A stretch of DNA of 63,922 nucleotides, filler included, from Thelocarpon superellum (lineage: Eukaryota), in NCBI GenBank assembly GCA_026025795.1. It is 4 parts of 4 records of this genome, joined end to end, with 100 filler letters (N's around TTAATTAATTAA, not from the genome) between each part and the next. Parts side by side here need not be neighbours in the genome. Positions count along the whole stretch, not along the records: positions 48,135 to 63,922 come from JAPEUG010000403.1; 3 more parts are not named here. One strand, 5' to 3'. This document shows, piece after piece, positions 50,789 to 61,886 of the stretch. The translations under genes were made by a program, and so were the position numbers. The notes below the pieces were generated by a model. The model had not been told where the DNA came from. It worked only from the letters and a program-made list of their open reading frames with translations, and searched no databases. Numbering within the stretch: position 1 is the stretch's first letter; each line of letters opens with the position of its first letter.

Positions 50789-51356
50789 GTTCAAATCAGA
50801 GGTTTGATAACGCTGAGGGATGTTGGCGGTGGAAGGTGAAAGGTGAAAATATGGGCGATCGACAAGAGACGATGGCCAAGTGAGGCGGTGACGATAGATA
50901 GTGGCAGCCTGGTTTCAGTTGGGGAAGCGAGCAGTAGTGGCGCTGACACGACGGTTGCGAGTGGGGTAAGCTGTCGTTGGCCGCGTGAACGTGGGCCAGA
51001 TCAAACGCAACGTCGATCGACCGATGTGAGCAGATGAGAGGGAAGGAGGGTGATGAAAGGGCGGGGGCGGAGTGGAGGTCAGGTGGAGAAGGAGCTGGTA
51101 GAAGGGAGGGGGAAGGGGGGAAATGGACAAGTAATGGGGAAAGAGCGAGGAAGGCGTCAATCAGCCACGAGAGAAAGGCGAGTGTGACGACTAACGAGTC
51201 CTCCGTAATGGGGTGCACGGCGGGCACATACGGGGGGGGAAGAAGGCCGCAGGTGTCGTGGTCAGCCTGGCGGTGGTGGGATGAGGGCGAGCACTCTGTA
51301 CGATGAACTCTGGTAGGCTACCCGTGGCGGCCCTCTCTGGGGACATTACACCTCTA

Positions 51357-53373
51357 GGAGTAGCTACGGTCAATTCTGTACAACCACCAATTCCGTACAG
51401 AATTGGGGTCAGGAGGCCTACAGATCAGATTGACAACGCAATTGCAAAGTAGATACATTAGATAGCTAGGAGAGAAGGGTCTATAGACTGGTAACTTGAT
51501 TCAAAGTTGTTTTGATCCAATTGGGCCACTTCTTCATCATCTGTAGCCTCTGATATCGCTTCTGTCCCTATTGTCTGACTCGCTTGTTGGCTATTTGAGG
51601 CCTCTTCCTTTGCTGCCTTGACCTCTAGCCAACACTTCTTGTGCTTGTCCTTCACAATTGACACCTGTAGCTTGAGATCCTGTCATTGCTGGTGTTGACC
51701 TTCCCAGTTCTGCTGTTGTACAACCTCTTCCTCATGTTCCAGCTCTTTCTGTTGAATGAGCTCCTGTGCTTCCTCAACACAGAGCAACCCTCCACACTGT
51801 AGAACAGTCCAGCAACATGTGGAACATTGCACCTGTTCCTTGATCAACTGGCAGAGGTTGTCCAGCTCTGATTCCATCAGTATTGTGCATGACATCAACT
51901 GCTCAGCGCTCTGTACAAGCTTCAGCAACACCTCTGGAAGGTGAGGGATGTCATTGACAGGTTCCACAGCTAGTAGCAAGGCCTCTGTGTGTTGTTTGAT
52001 CTGCCATAGTGTTGTAGGGGTCTGGAGTAGTAGGGTGGAAGGGCCATTGTTGTTGTTGTTGTTGTCATTGATCAGAGGTGTAGCAGGTTGCAAGGCTTTG
52101 TTCAATTGCTGCAGTATAACATCTGGATTGTATAGCACAATGCCTGTCTTCTAGAAGGCCAACTTCACATTTGATTTGGTGAAAGCTTGCTAGCGAACAT
52201 ATGGCAGGATTGACAGGAATTGCACCTTGTCAATAGCCTTGTTGCCATGTCACACAGCATTGTCAACAGCACAGGTGTAGTAGTGCTTGTAGGGCTGAAA
52301 GCAACTGATGTCCAACAGCTGCAGTAGGTGGCTTGTATAGGGTGGCAGGCAAACCAGGATGATATCAAGGTCCCAGGCCTTGATCACAAAGTCCAGGGTG
52401 ATGTGACTGCTATAGCCATCCATCAGTAGCAGTCGATATCAGCCATAGGTGCTATCCTTTGTGAAGTGGTTGAATATTGATTCAAGCCATTTGATGGCAA
52501 TGGTGTCTGTGGTCCAGCCCTTGGGTAACATCACTATTGTCCAGTTGCTTAGAAGGTTGGCCTTGTGCAAATACCATGTTGCAGGGTGTTGTTGGCTAGG
52601 CATGATGATTAGCAGAGGCAGAACAGAGCCATTGGATCAGATACACTCAACAGCTGTTGTCTATGTACAGGTGCCAGGCTGTGTCACCAATGCCTAGTGC
52701 TTCTTTGAGCTAGAATAGCAGACAACTCTTGTACATCTGGCAACACCACTAAGGAAGCCTGTCTTGTTGATATTCCATATATTGTCCTCCACAACACTGT
52801 ACTCCTGTATGATGTCCTGGAATTGCTGAAACCACCTGTTGACATGGTTCCTGTTAGTACAGTTGGCACATATGCTATCCAGAGGTTGACTTGGTGTTGT
52901 TGTATACTCTGGATGACACTTGACAAAGTGATTGGCCCAATTGATGCCAACAGACAGTGTGGTGTTGTCTTCTGTATGATTCAACTCAGCAAGGAGCTTG
53001 TTGGTGTATCCACAGATGATATCCAGCTGTGGAGGAAAGCCAGCCCTGATCAATCGATCGATTGACACCTTGAGTGCTTCCTCCTGAGGTCTTGAGAGCT
53101 TCTGATTGTGCCTGCTGTTCAGAGCTCACAGTTGGTCGCCATTGGCACATCCTAGGAGCTGGTGGTAAGGAGCATGGTAATAGGCTGTGGCCTGGTGAAG
53201 GGATGCGAATTGACCTGTGTTATACACGTCATAGGCCTCCTGGATGAGGCTCTCAGAGTCTTGAGCCGATTGCTCCATTCTGTGTGGCATGGTGGTTGAT
53301 CCTAGGTCGCTGCGGGGGGGTTCACAATGCTGTACGGAATTGGTGGTTGTACGGAATTGACCGTAGCTACTCC
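51357..53373 (-). mobile_element. Full-length Fot1/pogo (Tc1-mariner superfamily) DNA transposon, 2017 bp, inactivated
   Basis: 44-bp TIRs at 51357-51400 and 53330-53373 (1 mismatch) with an internal CAATTCCGTACA direct repeat. TA target duplication at 51355-56 and 53374-75. Minus-strand transposase remnant. Confidence 0.93.
51458..53290 (-). pseudogene. Degenerate pogo/Fot1 DDE transposase (HTH + CENP-B-like + DDE_1)
   Basis: KLSRPQEEAL..AGFPP..VGINWANHFVKCHPE, IWNINKTGF (from IWNxDETGF), KGWTTD, LLLMDGYSSH, LLQLLDISCFQPYKHYY and F*KTGIVLYNPDVIL. Several in-frame stops. Confidence 0.9.
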
Positions 53374-53675
53374 TACTTGAAGGATCTTAGTCACTCCTCC
53401 CATTCGTACCGGGTGGGGCGCCTCGCGCCATCCTCGGACGCAGTGCGAGTACGAGTTGAGGGCGCCGATCGGAGGGCAGGTGCAGACGAGAACGCGCACA
53501 AGATGGTCACGACTTATAGGCGATCGGAGGCGACGAGGCGCCCTCCCTTCGGACTTTGCAGCGTACGCGGTGAGCTGGAAGCGTTCGTCGGCTTACCTGG
53601 CCCCGATCCTCCGTCGGACCTGTCACAAGTGGCGAGACTGGTCTCGGTGGAGGGACACTCGGATGAGTACAGAGA

Positions 53676-53968
53676 CGGGAGAGGGTAACTATGCGGAAAT
53701 GACCGGACCCGGAAGTCAACTTACCACCGGCAGATAAAAAGCAAGGAGCACCCCGTTCAAGTCCAATATTGCAAGACGGTCTGCTGTGGAGAGCTCTCAT
53801 TGACTTTGTACTCTCCCAGATGTTCTGTCGTGGAGAGTTCCCACTGACCTTGTGCTGTGCCAGATAATCTATGGTGGAGAGCGCCCATCAATCGAAGCCA
53901 GATCTTGGTGTAGAAATTGGTGGCCGAATTCCCAAGGGCGTCCGGTCATTTCTGCACACCCCCTCCCG
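53676..53968. mobile_element. MITE-like element, copy 1 (~293 bp)
   Basis: Left end CGGGAGAGGGT..ATGCGGAAATGACCGGAC and right end GTCCGGTCATTTCTGCACACCCCCTCCCG-TA form imperfect ~30-bp TIRs. Non-coding. Co-linear homolog at 57740-58004. Confidence 0.75.
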
Positions 53969-54767
53969 TAGTTCCTCCCCCATGCTAGCTTTCTACGGCG
54001 TCTTGAGACCCGGCACGAGCGTTAGCTCGCAGCTTGGCTAGGTCGCCTTCGCCGGAAGCCTGGTGGCAGCGAGTAAGACTACGGGGGGCGAAAACGAGGT
54101 CTCGCACGCATCGCATGGTGCCACCAGTCATCGTGCTGCTGCCTGCTGCCTGCTGCCCGCTTCCGCCTGGCCGAGGTAGGGACGCGAACGGACCGTGTAT
54201 GACGAATCGTCTGAGTCCTCCAACCGCCGTTTTAAGCCCTCGGATTGCTGGTGAAGCGAGACCGGCAGCGAGGGATGATAGACCCACGGTTAGGGCAGGC
54301 ATCTGTGATACCAACGGTCGGGACGCCGTCGCACGGCACAATCACACGTCCATGGCGCCAGCGCATTTACTCTAGCGTGCGTGGACCTCACCACCGTTTT
54401 GACAGAGGTATCATCCGGGATCCATTCTCCACCAGTGGCGTGAGAATAAAATGAGCGAGAAGCCGGTGGGCCCTCTTGCTGACATGGTGTAAATAACTAC
54501 AGTGCGCTATGAGCGGTGAGAAGAAAGGCAACGCTGGGAAAACCACAACGGCGGCCATTACCACCAAGAGCCAAAGAAGGATCGGGGGGGTAGACGAGGG
54601 CGAAGACGACGATGGATCACGTAGGACGTCCAAGGTGCGACGAGAGAAAATACGCTTGCTCGAGCCAGGCAGAAGCGCGGGAAGGATTATAAAGCAGTCG
54701 CATGGCCGATCGGACGCAATGCAGCACAGAGAAAAACACCAAGATGCGGAGGATAGGGCGATGGAGG

Positions 54768-57048
54768 CTACTGCCCATAGTACATGGTCGCCGGGGCGGC
54801 CTGGGGATAGTAATAGCCGTCGGGGCTGGGCGTTATCATGCCGCCCATGCCCACGACGACTCCGGCTGAGCCAGGAGGAGGAGGGCCGACGAGGGACGTT
54901 CCCGCAGCGTTGGCCGGGAGCTGAGACGAATCATAATAGTAGACCATGCCGTTGCTCTCTTGCGCCACGGTGTTGCCCTGTCCCGTCGGCTGCGGCACCG
55001 TGGAGGCTGGTGCCGTTGAGGCTGTTGGGGCCACAGGAAGGACGTAGCCCGATTGCAACGGATTCGACACAAACGTCGGTGCTGCCACGGCCGAGGCAGG
55101 GATGGCCGCGCCATAGGCGGGCGCGTGCTGGCCGGGCGCGGGCGCGGGCGCGGGCGCGGGATAGTAATAGGCACCCGGAGCGAGCATGGGTTGATACGCG
55201 GGTGGATAGTAGGGATGCTGGTACGGATGGGGCTGGAAGGGTTGGGCGTGGATGGCACGCTCGGGGATCTGCGACAAGGGCGTGCCCGACGACGGTTGGC
55301 TGGGATATGATGGATGACGTGAGTGCGTGTAGTATGCGGCCTCGGTGGGCACGGTGGGTCCCCCAACCTGCCCTGGCACCTGGTGGTGGAAGGGCTGCTG
55401 CTGCTGTTGCGGCGGCGGAGCGAACGACACCCCATCGGGCGACTCGATATCCGCCACCGACACGGCCTTCTGAGGTCGTGGCTGATGCATCGGGATCGGC
55501 GCCGCGCGGTTCTCGCGGTACGTCGGATCTTGCGGCGGCGGATAACCGTGGCGTCGCGGCAGGTTGACCACTGCCACGGGCATGGGCATGGGCATGGGCA
55601 TGGGCACGGGCATGGGCATGAGCATGGGACCACCTGGCCGCCCCGGCATTGCCCCCGTCGGCGAGGGCTGGGGCACGTAGGCGGAGGGGGGCAGTCGGAC
55701 CACGGGTCGCCCGCCGTCCGGGCCCCCAGGAAGCCGTGAGCGGGTGGAGCCCGTGGGTGAGACGAGTGACTCGCGCGGAACATCTTGCGCCAGCGATGAC
55801 CGTCGGCTCATAGCCAGGCTGGACGAGTAGCCACTTCCGCCGTAGACGCTGTTCCGTCGGCTTGAGAAGCCCCGGTAAGAGCCCACGCCGCCCCGGCCGC
55901 CGTGCCGGCCAAACTTGTCATGGTTGGGCCGCATGGCGCGGGGGATGAAGATGAAGGAGCGCTCGACCGAGGGGAAGATGTAGCGTGGCGGCGCGTCGGG
56001 TAACGAAACGCGGACAGCCTTGTCTCGACGTAGTGGTGGTCGATGGTTCGGCAGACGCGTGTGCTGCTTGACTGGCACAGCGGAGAAGGTGATGGGTGCT
56101 GGCATGCCAGTGAGGTAGACGCGGATCTGGACGTTACCAATGTGCGTCGACTTGGAGAAGGATCGCACGGGCGCCGCCGCCTTGGCGCCCCCTTTTCCTT
56201 TTCCGTTCGTGCCGGTGGAGGCGGGGGCCAGATGGGACGTGGGCTGGGCAACGGTCTCATGAAGGTCGTGCGACCAGGGGGAATCGGCCGGTTCGTGCAT
56301 GGGCGGAGCGTGGCTAGAAAGCGCGTCAGCGGCTGAGACCCGTGACGGGACGTGCCCTCACTTACTTAGCCGGGGAGTAAGGGCCACCAACGGAGCCTCG
56401 GCCACGGCCGCGGCCACGGCCAAAGGGTCGGAATCCGTTGGCGGCCGGCCCCGCATGGCGATGATCATGCATGAAGAAGCCTCCTCGATTGGGCACAAAG
56501 GTTGGGTCGGCATCGCGCTTCTTCTGGTACTCCTCCTGCTCGCGCCGTCGTCGCTCGTGCGGTGATTCGGACGATGGAGCGGCGTCATTGTTCACGGGGA
56601 CGGAGGCGTCGGCGGCGGTGGCAGACGCGGGTGATGGTGGGTCAGTGGCCTCCTGCGTCATATCTTCGAAGCGGATCTCGTCTGACTCCTGGGTCGACGA
56701 AGGCACGGCGAGGCCATTCATCATTGCCTGGGTATCCGAGCGTCCGACGACGATGACGGGGTTTCCGGCCACCTCGATGGACTCATCCTGCGACGTGGGC
56801 GCGCCGGCCGGCGCGTGGCCATTGGTCAGGGGCTTCGCGGCCACGGCGGCCTTGGAGTCGACTTCGTCCTGCTCGCTGATCTCACTACCTTCAACTTCGG
56901 CATCCTCGTCCTCCAGATCGCTGGGGGCTGAGGCGTCGCTCAACGAGTCATCTTCCACCTCGGCGGTGTCCGGTCCGGCATCATCCTCCCCTTCATCCTC
57001 GGCGCGGCGTCGACTGGCGGCGAGGTTGTGCCGGCGATGGGGGACCAT
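54768..57048 (-). CDS. Btz/CASC3 (Barentsz) eIF4AIII-binding domain protein, Pro-rich
   Basis: ERRRREQEEYQKKRDADPTFVPNRGGFFMHDHR..GRGRGRG then WSHDLHE (Btz domain). Also HTRLPNHRPPLRRDKAVRVSLP..RSFIFIPRAMRPN and VAQESNGMVYYYD. One intron at about 56365-56314. Confidence 0.85.
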
Positions 57049-57739
57049 GCTGGCGTGCGCGACGACGGTCGTCGGGCAGATGGACCGACTGGGGACGACG
57101 GCAACAGGCCCACGATGATGAGAGAGGCCGTGACAGGACGCCTCTCGGGGCAGCGATCAAGATGAGGTCACCACCCAGTCCACCGCATGGACCCCGTCGC
57201 GTGGGCAGAGTGGATAGGGAGATGACGCCAGCGGGAGGAGACGGGGGAGCAAGGGCTGGCAGGTACGAAGGGAGGTGTGGAGGATGGAGGGCGGAGAGGT
57301 GGCGGTCAGGATGGTCGGCCGCCACTCGTCGCAAGGATGGGAAGAAACGCGGTCGTGGTGAGAAAAGAAGTTTGATGTGTAGGTCATAACTCGCAACTCG
57401 CAACTCGCAACTCGTCGTTAAGGTTACTAACGATACTTCGTACCACAGGCCGTGGTGGTGCCAACGGGAACAAATGACTTGCTAACAAGAGGGTTACCTG
57501 AGCGAGACGAGAAACTAACGGAAACTGCGGCGAACGTCGCATCTCGCGGCGTGGCGAGTTGGTACCGTCGGTACCTCACTTGCGCGCGGCGGCAGCAGGC
57601 ACAAAGTCCTTTTTGCCCGCAATCGTGCTGTTGGTGGCTTCATCCGACGCAGATCCCTGTCGGTCCGTCGGCTGAGCCAGTCATGCATGAAGGATTAAGC
57701 GTCGTCGACCTCATAGTCCATAGGTCCATCTGTACATGA

Positions 57740-58004
57740 CGAGAGTGCTGGAGTGGATATGCAGGGTTGACCGGACACGGAAATCAAGTTATCACTGGCA
57801 GATAGAGGGCTACACCCCCCCAGAGAGCGAGCAAGGAGCACCCCCTTCAATTCCAATATCGCAAGATGATCTACCGTGGAGTGCTCCCACTGCTTTATGC
57901 CAGATATATTGTGGAGCACGCCCGTCAACTCAAGCCAGACGACAGCGTGGAAATTCGCGGCCAATTCCTACAGGCGTCCGGTCATTGCTGCAAACCCCCT
58001 CCCG
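57740..58004. mobile_element. MITE-like element, copy 2 (~265 bp, left TIR more degenerate)
   Basis: Shares TGACCGGAC-CGGAA-TCAA, GCAAGGAGCACCCC-TTCAA-TCCAATAT-GCAAGA, TGCCAGATA and GGCGTCCGGTCATT-CTGCA-ACCCCCTCCCGT with copy 1, in the same orientation. Confidence 0.72.
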
Positions 58005-58300
58005 TGTATGACGACTTTCCTCGCACCCAGTACTCGCACCCGTCGCTGCCTCCCGATGGCGCGGGGAACTGGGTCGGTTTCGGCATCGGCCGTTGGTCGC
58101 ATCACGTTTAACCGTGCCCGGTGTGCTCGGTGTGGCATTTTCTCCTCGTCACATTGTTGCGGTCATGCGAAAATCTTCCTTCATGAGACCGCACCCCGCC
58201 TGCTGATACCGATGAAGAAGATGTTCCTTCAAATCCAACAACGAGCAGCTTGACTTACAACCTTGGATTATTTGTTCAGCCTGCACCAGTCGCCACTTCA

Positions 58301-59192
58301 ATGGCGGTTCCCGACTTGGCACTACCGCCGCACAAAATATCACAGGCCGACGATCCCGGCTACTTCGATCACGTCGCCGCTATCCTGGCCTCTCATCAAC
58401 ATCCATAGTCACTCTTGAAGAGATTGCGATGCGATGGATGGGCCAGCGCGTGAGCCCTGTCAAGGTAGGAGCTCTGTCCACCATTGAATGTCTCTTCAAC
58501 TGGTGCTGAGAAAGCTAGGATGTCGACCTCCTCATTCGAAACCATCGGCTCGACGATATCATAGCCGATCTCCTTGCAACCGGCCAACACGAGCGTGTCA
58601 AACAGGACAATCCTTCCAGGATGAGCGACCCATACGTCAAGAACGTCCCCGTCTCCGAGGAGTGGACGAAAAGCACGCCTTCCATATCGTGTGTCCAAGT
58701 CTCTGGCCAGAAAACGTTGCATTCTTGGCTGTCGATGGACCAACCCTGGAGGTACCAGATCTGCTCGCCTGGAATGTGAACCTGATGGAAGAGCACTTTG
58801 ATCCTGCTGCCGACGATGTGGTTTCGATCAGCTACCAGAGTAGAGTAGCCAATGGCATAAGAGTCCTCCCTCACGTACCTGCACAGACGCCACTGCGCCG
58901 TCAACCCATCTATATCCCGACCTTGCCACGCCTCATCGACTCCCTCCTCGATCAAATTCGCTACTGCAGAAATCACATCGAACAATACCCGAATCCTTAT
59001 GGAGGTGGCAGTCTGCCGTCTTATCACCTGAGCAATTTCGTCCGCTACCTGCATCTTGAGAAGCCTTATGAGCAAGAGAAGCTCATGCCGAAGCTGGCGA
59101 AACGATCGTAGGAGGAGATGGAGACGCGACTAGACAAGTACATGAGGAAGCCTCTAACAACCTTGGAGAACTTTCCGAAGCCTCTGAGATAG
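58301..59192 (+). pseudogene. Disrupted gene for a hypothetical fungal protein
   Basis: ATG at 58301; apparent 1-nt deletion/TAG at 58406; EEIAMRWMG; GT-AG intron 58465-58518; DVDLLIR; second frameshift at about 58650; in-frame TAG at 59109, after which the frame continues to 59192. Confidence 0.55.
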
Positions 59193-59794
59193 AGATTCCA
59201 TCTGATCGAGGCATGTCCCTTTCTTGCACATCTCGGCTTCCTGTGAGTCTGCACGATGAGATGAGTGGATGTTTTCCGTTTTCGGATCTCAGGAGGTGAG
59301 AAGGTGCGAGGGCGGAATGGTAGTGGCTCTGTTTCCGTGGGCTGATTTTCCGGGAGACGAAAATTCACAATTCAGCTCTGATTTCTACGGTAAAGACATC
59401 CGGTCCAAGAAGACCAGATGCCCCACATATCGGCACAGTTGAACAATCTTCTGATCGGGACAGGTCAAGTCAACTGGCTAGATATAGGTCCATAGCTCTC
59501 CTGATTATTAGGGCTTTATATCGGGAGTTACGCCTCCCCTCAGTCTGCGCAAAGATGGACATTAGGGCTTGCGTCAAGTGGCCGTCCAACTTCATCAACT
59601 CATCAGCCTTAGAGTCTGCTATTCGTATCTAATCTAGCACCACAGGATTCCGAAATCCACTCCGCACAGACCTCAACGAGGAGCAGCTCGGTCGGAGAGC
59701 GTGCCGTCCACCTCATACGGTATGGCCAATAGATCCAGCGCTCGCGTTCGGCCAGGTTTCGCCTAGGTCAGCGTAGACCCGGACGCCGGTATAA

Positions 59795-61129
59795 TCAAAA
59801 GGAAATCTTCTTGCCCTGGCTCTCAACGATTCCCCCTGTCAACCTCGACACGCTGTCCGGTATCGCCTTGGCTGGCTTGCCCGCCCTCATGCGGACTTTC
59901 TCTGGAGCGCGCGAGCTGTCCGGTCGGGCCGGGACAGCGTGAGTCTTTTGCCCGACGCCCTCAACCCTAGGGTTCGGGTCATGCTCATCCGAGCCCGTCA
60001 CGGTCCCTTCGTGCTTCTTTTTCGCCGCGGCATCTTTGCCAAACCGCTTCTTATACCGTACCGCGTTGTCCTCGGCGAATTCCATTCGTAATGGTCGACC
60101 CTTGAGCCGATTGACCCACCATCTCCGCGTCTTAAGCTTACTGGTCTTGGGCTGGTCGGCTGTGGCTGGCGCGCCCTCGGTCTCCTCATCCTCGGCCGGT
60201 CTTGCCTCGTCGAGCGGCTCCGTGATCTTGACCCATCCACGCACCGCCGCCGCGGCCACCTCGACCTCGTCGAACGTGACCCAGGCAAACCCCTTGCACT
60301 TGCCCGTATCTTCAAAGGTCGCCACGTGGACATCCGCCACGGGTCCACACGTGCCCAAGTGGGCGCGAAGATCCTCGGCCGTTACGTCGAAGCCTAGATT
60401 GCCAATGAAGATGCGTCGACTCGGCGACTTGGCCATGCTGGCGGCCGAGATGGCCATCGCTCCCTGGCCAGTGGGCTTGTCGGGTCGGCCCACAAAGGAC
60501 TTGGAATCTTTGATCAGCACCCGCCGTCCAGTGAGGAGCGTCTCGCTCAGACTCAATGCCTCGGCATGCGCCGTCGCCGTCGCCAGATCGATGTAGGCAA
60601 ACCCCTTATTCTGTGGCTTCGAGCGCTGCCTTGTCGCTGTCGTGGCCGCAGGCGGCGGTAGGTGGACGCGAGTGATATGCTCGTCCGAGATGGACGAGTG
60701 CTCGACCAAGAGCCGCTTCAGATCCGCCTTGGTCACGGAGAAAGCCAAGTTCCCGATCCATATGCCGTATCCTGATCGTGTGACAGGTGCTTCCACCTTC
60801 GTCTCCTGATCTGTGACATTTTCCTGGTCGACCTCGGCCAACACCGGGGCGTCGACAGCTTGAATGGCAGACGCGGTGGGAGTGGAGGGTCCGAGCTTGA
60901 ACGAGGTCGTGCGATCTTTGTCCTTGGTCTTGGATGACACGTCTCCGTGGACCGCCTTGCTCTTTTTCGCTTTCCGCAAGGCCTTCTTGGACGGAGGTTC
61001 CGGTGCGGTGACATCGACTTCAAGCTCGGGCACAGTCTTGTCCCTCTTGCGCTTCTTAGATCCGTTCCGAACTTGAGCCGGGACCATGTCAGTCGTCACG
61101 GCTGCCGGATCAGGTGAGGCCCGGCTCAT
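59795..61129 (-). CDS. NOP13: Nucleolar two-RRM RNA-binding protein (Nop13-like)
   Basis: ELEVDVTAPEPPSKKALRK, RRM1 YGIWIGNL..NKGFAYID..GRRVLIKDSKSFVGRP, RRM2 IFIGNLGF..TFEDTGKCKGFAWV and C-terminal GGIVESQGKKISF. Confidence 0.85.
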   Translation of the reverse strand: MSRASPDPAAVTTDMVPAQVRNGSKKRKRDKTVPELEVDVTAPEPPSKKALRKAKKSKAVHGDVSSKTKDKDRTTSFKLGPSTPTASAIQAVDAPVLAEVDQENVTDQETKVEAPVTRSGYGIWIGNLAFSVTKADLKRLLVEHSSISDEHITRVHLPPPAATTATRQRSKPQNKGFAYIDLATATAHAEALSLSETLLTGRRVLIKDSKSFVGRPDKPTGQGAMAISAASMAKSPSRRIFIGNLGFDVTAEDLRAHLGTCGPVADVHVATFEDTGKCKGFAWVTFDEVEVAAAAVRGWVKITEPLDEARPAEDEETEGAPATADQPKTSKLKTRRWWVNRLKGRPLRMEFAEDNAVRYKKRFGKDAAAKKKHEGTVTGSDEHDPNPRVEGVGQKTHAVPARPDSSRAPEKVRMRAGKPAKAIPDSVSRLTGGIVESQGKKISF

Positions 61130-61886
61130 GGCTAAATCCTCATGCAACTATTTCGTGCCTAGGATCAATTCTGGTACCGTTGCGGCATGAGCAAATGGCT
61201 GGGGCGGTGGCGGGGTTTGATTTTGTGTAAATCCCACCGTTGGGGAAAAGATCGAGAAGTTCTCCCTTCGTATAATAGGTCGGCCCCGGGAGCTCCCCTA
61301 GCGCCGTCAGTGTGCCTCTTACTCATCCAGTATGGAGGATCTGGGGTATTGAGGGGCCTCACCTCTGCCTCCACCTCCACAATGTGATCCACCCCTCTCT
61401 GCTATAAACCCCGGCTGCCCATCCCCCGCGGCCCCTTGTTCTCCTGCCACCACCATTCCCACCAGCCTGATCTCTCACCTAATCTGTTACACATGAGGCT
61501 CCACAGGAAGTCACATCGGGGCACGTGACCAGGCGACGCTCCCCGCTTGTAGTAGATTTCCTTTTCTCTTCTCTAAGAATCAGTGTTGTTACGAATGTGT
61601 CCTCAATTAATAGTCAACTCAATCAAGCCCGTTACACACCACCACAGCGACTAACGAAGAAGAAACACAGAGGATCACGCCAATCGGCCTGTCGAAATAG
61701 GAGCTGGCGCACGGCGGCGCCAAAACCTGGATTACTAATATCGCTTACTAACTCTACTAGAGCTCACGCCTACCACCCACGCTTGCCTGGTCGAGAGAGG
61801 TAAGTTGAGTCGATGACAGACCTGGTAGCTATTCTTTTCATTGAGCTCGCCGTCACAGTCAATGGACCTCCCCCACTTGACCCATC

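Noticed and set aside
51355..51366. Alternative transposon boundary at the inner TA (TA|CGGTC) with insertion into a 22-bp palindrome
   Set aside because: The outer TA gives 44-bp TIRs with internal direct repeats, typical of Fot1/pogo elements and a simpler explanation. Other copies would settle it.
54509..55783. Long antisense or alternative-frame ORFs (352 aa, 315 aa, and similar ones over other genes)
   Set aside because: They are shadow ORFs expected from high GC over real CDSs and have no independent motifs.
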